Virus record (IMG/VR): IMGVR_UViG_3300033121_000711
Location: 28,713-92,712 of that record
Strand: one strand, 5' to 3'
DNA length: 64,000 nucleotides
Source: a virus
Lineage: Duplodnaviria > Caudoviricetes
Shown: positions 19,315 to 29,247 of the stretch, one piece after another
How the letters are laid out: each line of letters begins with the position of its first letter
Numbering within the stretch: the stretch's first letter is position 1
The notes under the pieces: model-generated
Database searches by the model: none
What the model was told of the DNA's origin: nothing
The model's input: only the letters and a program-made list of their open reading frames with translations
Made by a program: the position numbers and the translations under genes

Positions 19315-20271
19315 TTACTGCTCCACCCAGCTAAGGATATTGAAGTAGCTTCCGTAACTATTAGCCACGGCACCGTAAATAAATGAATCGTGAGTCGCTA
19401 AAAAGTCTGTTTTACTTTTTGTAGCCCATGTAATAAAATTAAAACCATCGTAAGAACTTCTAAAATGGAAGTTTGAAGAATCGGCTTCAAACTGTAACCA
19501 TAAAAGATGTCGTGACGCCCAAGTAAAATCTTGACCATCATTTAAAGCACTATCAGCATAATCGCTATTATAGCTTGTGGCCGTATTCATTTTAATGATT
19601 CTCATGGCACCATTCCATGAGTGGCCAAAGAATATAAATTTACCTGTACCGCTATCTCTTGGACCAAATCCAAAGGCTATACCATTACCATGCGTAACAT
19701 TACAGCCCATTGTAATAGTATACGTTCCTGATTTTGACTTTGATCTTATGCTAAAATCAGTATCTCCTGTAGGAACGTATAAAGAATGCATAAGACCGTT
19801 AGCTAAAGTTGTAGCTCCACTAGCTTGACGAACCCAAGAAAAACCTGAGTCGTCGTGAGGAGTCATCAACCAAGAAGGTCCGTAAGTATACCAAGCAGAT
19901 CCATCATCAAAATGCCTATGCGGACCGTCCGTGTCAAAGAAGTGTCTTCCTTTAATTCCGGCCGCAGGTCTATACGCTCCGGCTCCAAATCCAAGAAGAT
20001 CGCCTCTCCATTGATCTAAAGAATCTGCTGTTATTATATGCGATATAGTCGCCCCATTAGTGTGAGACGCTGCTGTAGTGTCTTCAAGTCCGCGTTCTAT
20101 AGTAAAAGTTGTTCCTGATACTGCTGTTACTTTCATGATTTCAGAATCTATAACAATTCTGAAATCTCCGCTTGTAGGAAAAAGTGCAGCAGACGTTACA
20201 ACTAATGAAGTTACAGAGCTATTTATCGTACCATTTAATGTGGTAGTCGCGTTATTACTGTATTTTTCCAT
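19315..20271 (-). CDS. Virion fibre/receptor-binding-like protein
   Basis: N-terminal NNA.TTL...IDSEI.KVTA..GTT.TI.RG...T.AASH..GA domain; aromatic beta-rich lectin-like C-terminus. Confidence 0.55.
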   Translation of the reverse strand: MEKYSNNATTTLNGTINSSVTSLVVTSAALFPTSGDFRIVIDSEIMKVTAVSGTTFTIERGLEDTTAASHTNGATISHIITADSLDQWRGDLLGFGAGAYRPAAGIKGRHFFDTDGPHRHFDDGSAWYTYGPSWLMTPHDDSGFSWVRQASGATTLANGLMHSLYVPTGDTDFSIRSKSKSGTYTITMGCNVTHGNGIAFGFGPRDSGTGKFIFFGHSWNGAMRIIKMNTATSYNSDYADSALNDGQDFTWASRHLLWLQFEADSSNFHFRSSYDGFNFITWATKSKTDFLATHDSFIYGAVANSYGSYFNILSWVEQ

Positions 20272-22010
20272 TATTTAATTTTCCCTTCATCTTTCATAGG
20301 ATCCTTAGATTTTTTCTTTTCTTCGGATCCGCTATTGAGGTTAGGATCTGCTTCAATAATTCCACGAGCAGCACCGTTAACCATACCGTTATTTTCTTGC
20401 TGAGACTTAGCAATCCGTGCTAGACGATCAGCATGATTATCAGCAGCTTTATCGGGTGTACCTTTAGGATACCCTAAAAGATCTGCTGCTAATTCCAGAT
20501 CTAAAATACCAAGTTCAACAGCTTTTGAAATTACTTCTGGATCTGGTGAAATAGCTTCAGCACTTTCAATTTCTCTAGAAATTTTGTCAAATGTTTCTGT
20601 TTCAATTTGACGGCTTATTGTAAGTTCTGCAATTCTCTTACAAATTTCTTTTTGAAATTTCTTTGAAGGCACAACGTATAAAAGCTTTGTCAAATCATCA
20701 GCTTCTTTACGGCGTTCTTCTTCAGTCTTTATAGAATAGTTAGTAGGATAGTAAATAGTTGCAGGTTCAATGCTTTCATACATTGACCAATAATCTGCAA
20801 CTTTACGCTCCATGTTTTCCAATTCGAGTCCGATATAACTTAGACCGCTCTCTAATCCTTGACGATCCATTCCTTTAGATTCGGCACTAGCCATCTTTGG
20901 CGAAAGATTGGTTACAGCAAGATTAACTAATTGCCGCATTTCGGCTTTCATTTGTTCTTGCTTTTCCATTGATGCTTTTAAAGGCTCAGAAGACGGATGT
21001 ATAAAAGCAGGTCGTTCCATACCTTTAGGGTAACGACGACCGCGACTAACACCTACCCGAACTTCTGTTTGCTTACCTTCAGCCGCATCACCACTCTCGC
21101 CGCCTTGAGTATTTCCAGGCTTTCTGATGAATTCATTCATAGCTCTTGGCTCAAACATTTCCGTATAAAAAGGAAAGTTTGAACTTAAAGCGTAAGCCAT
21201 ATCTGATGAAGCTAGATTGAGCAAGCCAACTTGATATTTTGAAATTTCAGCAAGAAGACTATCGCTCAATTCGCAAACAAGAAAAGGTATTCGATCAATT
21301 TCAAGTTCTATAATTGAATCTTTGCTTTTAATGCCATCTTGGTCCGTTTCCATTCCGGACTCATTATAAAACTGAAGTTGAACATGGCCATTATCAATCC
21401 ACATTCTTCGGTATCTGCTAGTTGTACCGTTAGGGAGACCGGTCTTATCATCATAGGTATTGTAATAGTCTCGAAGGAGCACATTTGAGAATTCATTTGT
21501 ATTTGCAGATTCATCATAGCACCAGCTACAAATGTCTTCAGCTCTGTATAAATAAATGTAAGGTCTTACATTTCTTGTTTCAGCTACTGTTACGCCAGAA
21601 ATTGGTGGCATATCAACATATACACCAACTTTAGCCATAGTTAAAAGTTCAGGTAGAAGACTTCTACCTATAAATGAATTCATGGATGATCCTAAAAGAT
21701 CGACACCTCCCATATGCCCTTCTACTGCCAACTTGTAACTATCAGAACCACCTCTGCGACTGATATCTACTAAGCGTTGGAAGATTGAATTCTTGATTTC
21801 ATCGACAGCTTCTTTGGCAAAGCTGGGATTGTAGGTCATCTTCTTTCGACGGGCATAATCTTCTGGTTGTTCTCTTGAAGAGAATTTTTCCAGATATCTA
21901 TCGATAAAGTTTTGACCACCCTCGTATGTATCTCGCCAAAGTTCCCAGTCGCGGTATCGTTCCTCATATAGAGGGTGACGGATTTCCGCAACAGTTTTCT
22001 GAATCGCCAT
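20271..22010 (-). CDS. Portal protein
   Basis: HP.Y......W...RD.YEGG and E..EDY..R motifs; 579 aa; downstream of TerL. Confidence 0.85.
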   Translation of the reverse strand: MAIQKTVAEIRHPLYEERYRDWELWRDTYEGGQNFIDRYLEKFSSREQPEDYARRKKMTYNPSFAKEAVDEIKNSIFQRLVDISRRGGSDSYKLAVEGHMGGVDLLGSSMNSFIGRSLLPELLTMAKVGVYVDMPPISGVTVAETRNVRPYIYLYRAEDICSWCYDESANTNEFSNVLLRDYYNTYDDKTGLPNGTTSRYRRMWIDNGHVQLQFYNESGMETDQDGIKSKDSIIELEIDRIPFLVCELSDSLLAEISKYQVGLLNLASSDMAYALSSNFPFYTEMFEPRAMNEFIRKPGNTQGGESGDAAEGKQTEVRVGVSRGRRYPKGMERPAFIHPSSEPLKASMEKQEQMKAEMRQLVNLAVTNLSPKMASAESKGMDRQGLESGLSYIGLELENMERKVADYWSMYESIEPATIYYPTNYSIKTEEERRKEADDLTKLLYVVPSKKFQKEICKRIAELTISRQIETETFDKISREIESAEAISPDPEVISKAVELGILDLELAADLLGYPKGTPDKAADNHADRLARIAKSQQENNGMVNGAARGIIEADPNLNSGSEEKKKSKDPMKDEGKIK

Positions 22011-22180
22011 TAGTTCCTCACAATGTTGCGGTCTGTAAATCTAAATAATCCATCATTGTAGACAAAACAGATGATTGGTGTTGCTACTACTAAATATACC
22101 CCGTGATTTATTACTGCAAGTATTTTACCTTCGATGATTCTACCATCAAAGGTACGAAACTTTTTTACAACACCAATCAT
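22010..22180 (-). CDS. Small hypothetical protein (56 aa, not in ORF track)
   Basis: MIGVVKKFRTF...RN*; fills the TerL-portal gap with overlapping start and stop codons. Confidence 0.5.
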   Translation of the reverse strand: MIGVVKKFRTFDGRIIEGKILAVINHGVYLVVATPIICFVYNDGLFRFTDRNIVRN

Positions 22181-23832
22181 CAGTAAGCTTCCGTTATGTC
22201 TTGCGGATTTGCCATACCCATAGCAAAAGGTAGTGCAAGTTCCGAGTAATTTCTCGCGTGTGCGTAATGATCTTCATCGCTTCCTTTAATATATCTTCCA
22301 ATAATATTACCGTTTCGATCTTTCTCATAGACTCTAACTTGAGATTTTAAGTTAGCTCTAACTTCATGATCGATATCGCAAGGTAATTCTATTGTTTTAT
22401 GTCTGAACCTACCTAAAGATAGATCCAGCCAAGAAGTTCTATCGACTGTTATTGTAGGTTCTTCATCTTTACCTACATGGATTTGTTTACCTTGAACTCC
22501 TTGGCCGTAAAAGCACATTTTAACTAGATTATGGAATCTAGAAGCAAATTCATAAGCTTTACGTCTTTCAGGATTTGCATCTATTACGCAAAAATTTACA
22601 CTAAAACGAAATATGAGTTCGTCCAGTTCTTCAAAATTCTTTACTTTACCGTACCATATCGTTTTAGCTCTTGCTAAAACATTTAAATCGTTTGAGTTAA
22701 CATCTCCAGGTAGATGCCATGTATCTACCCAACAGTGTAACCATCTACCAACGTCAACACCGAAAGTAACAACACCTTCAGACGGTCCTGTTAAATATCT
22801 TTTATAGTTACCAATACATTGATCTATGTCAGAGTCTGAAACGCCTGCACCTTCAACAATGTGAGGCAATCCTAGCTTAGAATTATAAAATTCTTGCTCT
22901 TCGGCTTGATCTCTCCGAGACCTTAGATAGCTTTTCGCTAAAGATACCGGAGAAACCGTCGAAGAATAAAGTTGATTAACATGAAAGCCTCGAGAAGTTC
23001 TGTTACTATATGTGGGAACCCACTCAGCTTTTTGCAGCCATTCATGTTTTGTTTCGTGTTGCAGCTTACCGCCACACTCTTTACACTTTATGAAAGAATT
23101 AACAACAGTTTCGTCGTTAACGTCTTCGCCAGTTATTTCGAGACATTGTGGAAAAACAAGCTCTGTAAATCGATTACAGCAAGGACATTTAAAAAAGAAA
23201 TGTTCTTGTGTGGTATCTATAAATAATTTATTGATACCGTATTTTGGTATTGTTGGTGTACTGATCGCCAAAACTTGCTTTTCAACTTGACCGGCAGCAC
23301 GCTCAACAGCCAGCGGAATATTATCTTGATCCATTTCGTCAACTTCGTCAAGAATGATGAAGCCAACTGGAATAGATTTTAGACCGCTGCGAGACTTGGA
23401 ACCACGAATATAAAGATTCGTGGTTCCTGCTCTTTTATGTCCTACGTTTTTAACGTCTGAAAATAATTTAGTCAAGTGTGGAGATAATTCTAAGGCAGGA
23501 TCAAATCGGGCAGCAGAAAAATCTGAAGCATCAGGTGTCTGAGCAGGCAGAACGTAAAGGCAATCAATACCTTTAACATCGATTGAGAAGAAAGTACGGT
23601 TAAGTGCGTATTCCGTAAATCCCATCTGTGCTGATTTTTGGCCGACAATCATTTCTTCATCGGCATCATGCATTGACCTTAGCCAAGGGTGATATTTAAA
23701 AGACCAAGGGCCTGGATAAGGTCGAGCCATTACTCTACAAGCTATACTCCAACGAGAGCAGCTTGTTAATGACTTTCTTTTTAATCCTGCCGAAATTCTT
23801 TCAGCTAGCAATTGTGCTAGTTTGTGTGTCAT
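22180..23832 (-). CDS. terL: Terminase large subunit, lambda GpA family
   Basis: KSAQMGFTE Walker A, ILDEVD Walker B, ISTPT, CPCC...CKEC zinc motif, GVDVG nuclease motif. Confidence 0.9.
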   Translation of the reverse strand: MTHKLAQLLAERISAGLKRKSLTSCSRWSIACRVMARPYPGPWSFKYHPWLRSMHDADEEMIVGQKSAQMGFTEYALNRTFFSIDVKGIDCLYVLPAQTPDASDFSAARFDPALELSPHLTKLFSDVKNVGHKRAGTTNLYIRGSKSRSGLKSIPVGFIILDEVDEMDQDNIPLAVERAAGQVEKQVLAISTPTIPKYGINKLFIDTTQEHFFFKCPCCNRFTELVFPQCLEITGEDVNDETVVNSFIKCKECGGKLQHETKHEWLQKAEWVPTYSNRTSRGFHVNQLYSSTVSPVSLAKSYLRSRRDQAEEQEFYNSKLGLPHIVEGAGVSDSDIDQCIGNYKRYLTGPSEGVVTFGVDVGRWLHCWVDTWHLPGDVNSNDLNVLARAKTIWYGKVKNFEELDELIFRFSVNFCVIDANPERRKAYEFASRFHNLVKMCFYGQGVQGKQIHVGKDEEPTITVDRTSWLDLSLGRFRHKTIELPCDIDHEVRANLKSQVRVYEKDRNGNIIGRYIKGSDEDHYAHARNYSELALPFAMGMANPQDITEAY

Positions 23833-24175
23833 AATCTAACTCAATCATTCGCGTAATATCTGTTGCAACTAAAGAAAATCTTATTTGCTTGAAGGCTTTA
23901 GCTAATCTTAAGCCTAATTATTCAGCAGTTTCTAAAACTTCTTTTGGTTGCTTTGGAAATCTAGGGTAATTTATTAAATGAATTCTAACACAAGGTTCAT
24001 TACCGGACGTGTAAATACAAGTCTCTAGACCTAAAGTTACACCTAACCCCACGACGTCACAAAAGTTTTGACAAATTTCTTTAGCTTCGTCTACAGTGTG
24101 TAATGGACCGCTATAGCCTTCTTTTAAGCCTACAACAATATCAACTTCATATGTTGGGATATCAATTCTTTTCAT
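23801..24175 (-). pseudogene. Phage hypothetical gene interrupted by an in-frame TAA at 23918-23920
   Basis: Frame continues past the stop (LGLRLAKAFKQIRFSLVATDITRMIE...) to TGA at 23801. Confidence 0.45.
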
Positions 24176-24707
24176 TTTTAATCTCAGCCTTTACATTAAT
24201 AATCGCTGAGATAATTTCATTACTGATACTATCAATAATGTCATCATCGGTAATATGGGCACTAATGATTTTGACAATCGTTGAAGCAATTTGAATGGCT
24301 GCTGCCTTGTCTAACAACATACCTGTAGAAGCTTCAAGTCGATGGCAGCTTGAAACTAATTTTTCAAGTTTCATAGCTAGATCGGAAATCTTCGACGAAT
24401 ACATGAGTAGCGACTGTGAATCCTCGCACATATTCACAGTTTCTTCCATCAAGATTCGGAGAATACCGATCTCTTCTCTCAACGACTTGATATTTGTGTC
24501 TTCAGCAAAGTTAGACATACGGTCACGCCATTTTGCGAGACGGTACATCTTATCGTTTTTCTTTTCTATTTCGTGTTGTATGTTCCCACCATGTATAATG
24601 CAGTAATTGCTTCCTTTAGCTTTCCGCATATTACATTGGGATTTTTTGAACATTCCTTGACAGCGTTCAGGGCTGTCATCTTCAACCCTAGTATAATCAT
24701 TTGCCAT
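24162..24707 (-). CDS. Putative terminase small subunit
   Basis: C..C..C..HGG motif, SLREEI.ILR helix; upstream of TerL. Confidence 0.6.
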   Translation of the reverse strand: MANDYTRVEDDSPERCQGMFKKSQCNMRKAKGSNYCIIHGGNIQHEIEKKNDKMYRLAKWRDRMSNFAEDTNIKSLREEIGILRILMEETVNMCEDSQSLLMYSSKISDLAMKLEKLVSSCHRLEASTGMLLDKAAAIQIASTIVKIISAHITDDDIIDSISNEIISAIINVKAEIKNEKN

Positions 24708-24720
24708 GAATCAGCCCTTT

Positions 24721-24758
24721 AAAAAAGGGTCGGGGAGTCGCGTCAACCTCCCCGACCC
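24721..24758 (-). terminator. Intrinsic terminator
   Basis: GGGTCGGGGAG...CTCCCCGACCC followed by TTTTTT on the minus strand. Confidence 0.7.
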
Positions 24759-24824
24759 CGACCTGCATGGTAGCGGCGTAGCTACCATTTCCTTATAGAA
24801 ACAATCTATAAGTCATTGCAAGTG

Positions 24825-25136
24825 TCAATCACCACCAGGACCTGCCGGAATAGGTAACAAAGTAACAGATCCTTGCAGCTTAATATCCCAAGGTATCGGC
24901 GGAGCACCATAATTCACAAGGAATACTTCGGCCGTTATATATCCAGATTTCGTGCACACTGCCCGATATTTTCCTGGATTTACAGTCCGAGTATCTCCTC
25001 CATGCCAGTAACCATCAAGACCTGTATCTGCCTCTACAAGAAAATCGCCATTATCGCGATAGACAGTAATATGCACTCCAGGTAACACGTTACCGTTAGA
25101 GGCAAACGAGAAAAGAGTCAGGTCAACACTGGCCAT
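24825..25136 (-). CDS. Carboxypeptidase-regulatory/transthyretin-like beta-sandwich protein
   Basis: GNVLPGV.ITV...TG.DG......PG.Y....TKSGY motif. Confidence 0.5.
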   Translation of the reverse strand: MASVDLTLFSFASNGNVLPGVHITVYRDNGDFLVEADTGLDGYWHGGDTRTVNPGKYRAVCTKSGYITAEVFLVNYGAPPIPWDIKLQGSVTLLPIPAGPGGD

Positions 25137-25693
25137 TAGTAGCTCCGAAATTGTGCTGCACCACCGCAGTAATTACCGGCATTCTGCTGTAGCACGATGC
25201 TTTGCGTGCAAGCTGTTTCAGCTTGCACAACCGGCTGAGTGATAACCTTTTGCGTTACAATTTTCTCTGTAACGATTGGCTGACTTACCACAACATTTTC
25301 AGTCGGGGTTGTATAAGCCACCTGCTGAGCAACAAAAGGTGCAGCGTAAAATCGTTGACGAGCAACAAAAGGTGCAGCGTAAAATTGCTGATGAGCAACA
25401 AAACGCTGACGAGCAACAAAAGGTGCTCGGTAAGCAGAAAACTGCTGAGCAACAAAAGGTGCCCGACCAACAACAACACGGGCAACAGGAGTGTTAACAA
25501 CAACTCGGGCTCGCGGAGTAAAACCGAAAGCCGCAGCTGTAACACGGAAAGGGAAGCCAACAACTCGATTGATTCCGCGACCAATAGCTGTAGCTACAGG
25601 GAAAGGTCGCCGAACTTGAACTTGAACCTGCTGAGCATCAGCAAACATTGCGAAACAGAGCAGGAACAGAAAAGCCAAAATGAACTTCTTCAT
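25136..25693 (-). CDS. Secreted low-complexity protein with APFVA(Q/R)Q repeats
   Basis: Signal peptide MKKFILAFLFLLCFAMFADA; four APFVA repeats. Confidence 0.65.
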   Translation of the reverse strand: MKKFILAFLFLLCFAMFADAQQVQVQVRRPFPVATAIGRGINRVVGFPFRVTAAAFGFTPRARVVVNTPVARVVVGRAPFVAQQFSAYRAPFVARQRFVAHQQFYAAPFVARQRFYAAPFVAQQVAYTTPTENVVVSQPIVTEKIVTQKVITQPVVQAETACTQSIVLQQNAGNYCGGAAQFRSY

Positions 25694-25696
25694 CTT

Positions 25697-26362
25697 TTAC
25701 CTCTTTGCGTTTTTTGCCCATTCATAGAAAAGCTTAATTTCTTCGTCTGTTAGAGCTTTTCCACCTTTAGGCATTTCACCACTATTTGCCAGACCAAAAC
25801 TTTCCCAAACTTTACCAGATGGTAGATCATTTAACTTACCATCTGCGGTGACAAGCTTTGTATACTTGCTATTGACACCGTGACATTTTACGCACGAGTT
25901 ATTGATAACTTTCAAAAGTGTTTCATTTTGATAGTTACCAGGTTTTGGCTCCTGCGTATCCGGCTTGCTACTATCACCTGTTGGGGAGGTAGAATTCTGC
26001 GTAGCAGGTCCGGTTGGAAGACGACCAGTCCCGTTGCTGGTATTTTGTTGTAAGCGTAGCAATCGACCGACAATAGCGTCAGCTAACAAGCTTTGCTGGG
26101 CAGCACTGTCGATTGAGTAGTAATGATCTCGGTGCACTTCCACCTGTATTGCTTTAGGCACAAGTACAACGTTTTCATAATATGGCTGGTAATGGCCTTG
26201 ATTGTATGTATACAATTGGCCGTAATTACCACTAACGTACTTATGATAACCACCATTATGTTGATAGTACAAAGTACCATGCTGTATCCTTCGGACACCG
26301 CAAGTTTCGCTTACAACAAAAGGAGTTATTAAAAGTAACACCAAAATCGCGAATGTCTTCAT
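25697..26362 (-). CDS. Exported protein with a C-terminal monoheme c-type cytochrome domain
   Basis: Hydrophobic N-terminus from ATG 26362; SCVKCHG, G.MP, L..EE......W. Confidence 0.7.
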   Translation of the reverse strand: MKTFAILVLLLITPFVVSETCGVRRIQHGTLYYQHNGGYHKYVSGNYGQLYTYNQGHYQPYYENVVLVPKAIQVEVHRDHYYSIDSAAQQSLLADAIVGRLLRLQQNTSNGTGRLPTGPATQNSTSPTGDSSKPDTQEPKPGNYQNETLLKVINNSCVKCHGVNSKYTKLVTADGKLNDLPSGKVWESFGLANSGEMPKGGKALTDEEIKLFYEWAKNAKR

Positions 26363-27891
26363 TTTTTGCTCGCATCCAATTGATAGACAATTTCTTTGTA
26401 ACCGTCTTTTTCCCATGTCCTTCTGGGGATCGTCATTCCCTTTAAGAGCATAGCTATACGAGCTTTTGTACTTTTAGATCCTACAAGCTTGAACACGTCT
26501 TCAGTTACTCCAATCTCTTTAGCTGCGACAGTTAAAGAAACTGGACTATCATACTCGTCTCTCCAAGCTTTTATATTTGCTGCATTTTCGCCGGCTTTAA
26601 AACCGCTAGTACGAGCAATAAATTTAGAGAAACGAGTCTGTTCGTGTTCTAATTTGTCCTCCCAATCCAAGAAAAAGCCTTTAGCATCTATTGCATCTCG
26701 CTTATTCTTGAATTTAATATCTATGCCAGCTTTTAGCATCTCTGTTACGAGATTTCGTGGCGTGATAAATTTTTGTTCATGACAAATAAAACAAGATCCT
26801 GGAGTACGAACACGGGAATCAAACTTTAAATCGCTTGTGTCTGTTGCAAATCTATTATCTGCAACTTCTACAATATTTCCTTTTGAGTCTACCAGTAAGG
26901 CTGCCATGCCACCGGCTGGCAAATCTGTTAAAATTTCACCAGCATCAAACTCAAAATCTTTATTTAAAGTCTCTGCAAAATCACGTGTTCCGCTAGTTTC
27001 TTTCACGTCAAATGTTTTGTAGTACGATCCCATTGAGGTTATTATACGTTCTACTAAACGATTTTGTCGTGCTACAATGGATACTCCGTTCTCCATTCCT
27101 TCAACTACTGCTCCATGCCTTGTATCTATTTTGAACTCTTTTAAGTGCTCTCGAAACTTATCGACAGCGAAAATTCGCTCAAAATCAGCCTCATTTTTAG
27201 GAAATTTTACAAATTTCCCAGAAGTTATAGGCTCAGGTGTTTGAAGAACGCACTTATTGTTCAAATAGTAACCCGCAGGGTAGGCAGATCCATCTGCGTT
27301 TTTACCTGCTGGACTCCACTCAGAGCCTGCTGGAGGACTACGTGGAAATCTAAATCTGCTAAATAATAGATCGTAGTATGAGGAAGATCTATCTGATTCC
27401 ATAGTTTCACGGAAGAACCAGTCAGCTCTAACAATCGCCTCAGCATGAAAGCTTTTAGTATCTTGCTCAATACCTATCATCTTTCTTAACAGAAGTGCAG
27501 TAGCATTATCTACTGCCGGTTGAACAAAATACGGTTCTCTTCTTGCTACAGCAGAAAAAGCTTCTTTAGACCATCCAAAATCTCGTAGATCTATTGCAAA
27601 AAGTAGGCCATCTGATCCGGGTACTTCATTTGCAAAACTTGTAGCAGTTTCTAGATGAAGTTGATTGATCCAGAAACGCATAGTTTTAACACGTTTTGCT
27701 GCATCTTTCACATGGTAATAAGATAAATATCTTAAATATTCTGCGTCTTTGCCTTGTTTTTGCGAGTATTTATAAGCCAATTCCGCGTGATCGTTAGGGC
27801 AAACTGGATTGACATCCTGTTTACCAGAAGCTAGGAAAATAAATGAGAGCAAAATGAAGACGCCCAAGACGAATTTCATGGTCGTCTCCAT
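26359..27891 (-). CDS. Exported protein with CxxCH motif (planctomycete-like)
   Basis: Signal peptide; RYLS, VRADWF, NRLVER, FDAGE, SCFICH motifs. Confidence 0.6.
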   Translation of the reverse strand: METTMKFVLGVFILLSFIFLASGKQDVNPVCPNDHAELAYKYSQKQGKDAEYLRYLSYYHVKDAAKRVKTMRFWINQLHLETATSFANEVPGSDGLLFAIDLRDFGWSKEAFSAVARREPYFVQPAVDNATALLLRKMIGIEQDTKSFHAEAIVRADWFFRETMESDRSSSYYDLLFSRFRFPRSPPAGSEWSPAGKNADGSAYPAGYYLNNKCVLQTPEPITSGKFVKFPKNEADFERIFAVDKFREHLKEFKIDTRHGAVVEGMENGVSIVARQNRLVERIITSMGSYYKTFDVKETSGTRDFAETLNKDFEFDAGEILTDLPAGGMAALLVDSKGNIVEVADNRFATDTSDLKFDSRVRTPGSCFICHEQKFITPRNLVTEMLKAGIDIKFKNKRDAIDAKGFFLDWEDKLEHEQTRFSKFIARTSGFKAGENAANIKAWRDEYDSPVSLTVAAKEIGVTEDVFKLVGSKSTKARIAMLLKGMTIPRRTWEKDGYKEIVYQLDASKK

Positions 27892-27896
27892 TTTAT

Positions 27897-28682
27897 TTAA
27901 GCTACGAGTTTTGTTAACCTATAACCATCGACCGATAACTTGCCATTTTCAAATCGAAGGATATAATTTTCGTTTTCGTTTGGTTCGGATGGTGGAGCTG
28001 GAGGCCCGTACCTAGCTTGCATCTCAGCGACATCACCAGCTTGCGGCGTAAAAATGTTTTGAGAGTGCGTCGGAGCTAAAAGATTACCTGCCCCGATATG
28101 ATTCATGCCCAAAGCATGTCCAAGTTCGTGACACATTACCCTGACTATGTCTAATTGATTCCCATTACGAGGACCATCAAAAATAGCCCAACTATCACGA
28201 GTATCGTACCACTGACGGCATTGTCGAGTGTTACCGCAAGGTAATTCTGATTCTGCAAGCACGCCAAACTGACCGTCAATTGCTCGCGTGTCCATCACGA
28301 TTCGAGCGTTTGGATTTCCTGGCGTGTACTCTGGACGAATACCTGCTACTTTAGCCCAGCGATTTAACGCTTCAGCAGCACATTCAACGTATTTTTGCTT
28401 ATCAAAGCCCGGAAGAACAGCCACTACATCCCAACTTATGTAACCATCCGGCCACTTACAACGATTAGCTTGGGCCTGCATTGTATCTGGATGCTTACAG
28501 AATCGAATCTCTTGCAAGTGATTGATGATGTCACCAATACTAGAGAGACCGTGGAAAGCAGCGTACAATTTTTGCAGAATACTTAACTGCTGATCTGTTA
28601 ATTTATCAAGAGTCTCTTCCAATGTTGAATAGATTTGCCAACCAAATTGGAAGAGACGTATGATTTGTGTGTTTCTATCCAC
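27897..28682 (-). CDS. Matrixin/M10-family zinc metallopeptidase
   Basis: HELGHALGMNH zinc motif; RFCKHPD cysteine-switch-like; DG..GVLA. Confidence 0.85.
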   Translation of the reverse strand: MDRNTQIIRLFQFGWQIYSTLEETLDKLTDQQLSILQKLYAAFHGLSSIGDIINHLQEIRFCKHPDTMQAQANRCKWPDGYISWDVVAVLPGFDKQKYVECAAEALNRWAKVAGIRPEYTPGNPNARIVMDTRAIDGQFGVLAESELPCGNTRQCRQWYDTRDSWAIFDGPRNGNQLDIVRVMCHELGHALGMNHIGAGNLLAPTHSQNIFTPQAGDVAEMQARYGPPAPPSEPNENENYILRFENGKLSVDGYRLTKLVA

Positions 28683-29247
28683 TGTGATGTACTTCCAAGG
28701 TTATGTAATCAACTTGAGCAGTAGCAAATTCAATAGCTACGTGAGCTGAGATTGATATGCCGAATCCAGGGTGATTAACTTTTTCTGGCGTCCATGCGTA
28801 ACCCCACATCTCTGTAGGTCCGCCATAAGTTATTATCACTCCTGCTGCTGGCCACTCGTTACCGTAATCTCTTAAATCGTTGCCTACTTTGACTCCGGCG
28901 TCCCACAGTTTGACTTCCCAATCACTGCTTACAGTTGTGTTTGTAATTGCTTTTTTATGTACAACAGCCGTTATGCCTGTGATTGTTTTTGCCGGGTCTA
29001 TATTAAAATTGAATCCACTAACGTACAAATCTTCAACGATCACATCGTCCCGAGTAACCGTAACGGAAGCATACGTCCCATCAAGAGCAAAAACATTATT
29101 TGTGTTAATCCATGAATACTCACCAACGAGTGTAGGTTGACTTGATGCTACACTCCCTGGTCCGGGACCTGCATAATTTGTGTAAGATACCGAACGTCTT
29201 TTTGTAAAAAGATTCAGGTATTTAGATAGTGTGAACGGGTTTTTCAT
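28675..29247 (-). CDS. Putative capsid spike/fibre with carbohydrate-binding-like domain
   Basis: Leader MKNPFTLSKYLNLFTKRR shared with 29244..30002; FNFNI....TI.GI and YGG....WG..WT motifs. Confidence 0.5.
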   Translation of the reverse strand: MKNPFTLSKYLNLFTKRRSVSYTNYAGPGPGSVASSQPTLVGEYSWINTNNVFALDGTYASVTVTRDDVIVEDLYVSGFNFNIDPAKTITGITAVVHKKAITNTTVSSDWEVKLWDAGVKVGNDLRDYGNEWPAAGVIITYGGPTEMWGYAWTPEKVNHPGFGISISAHVAIEFATAQVDYITLEVHHSG

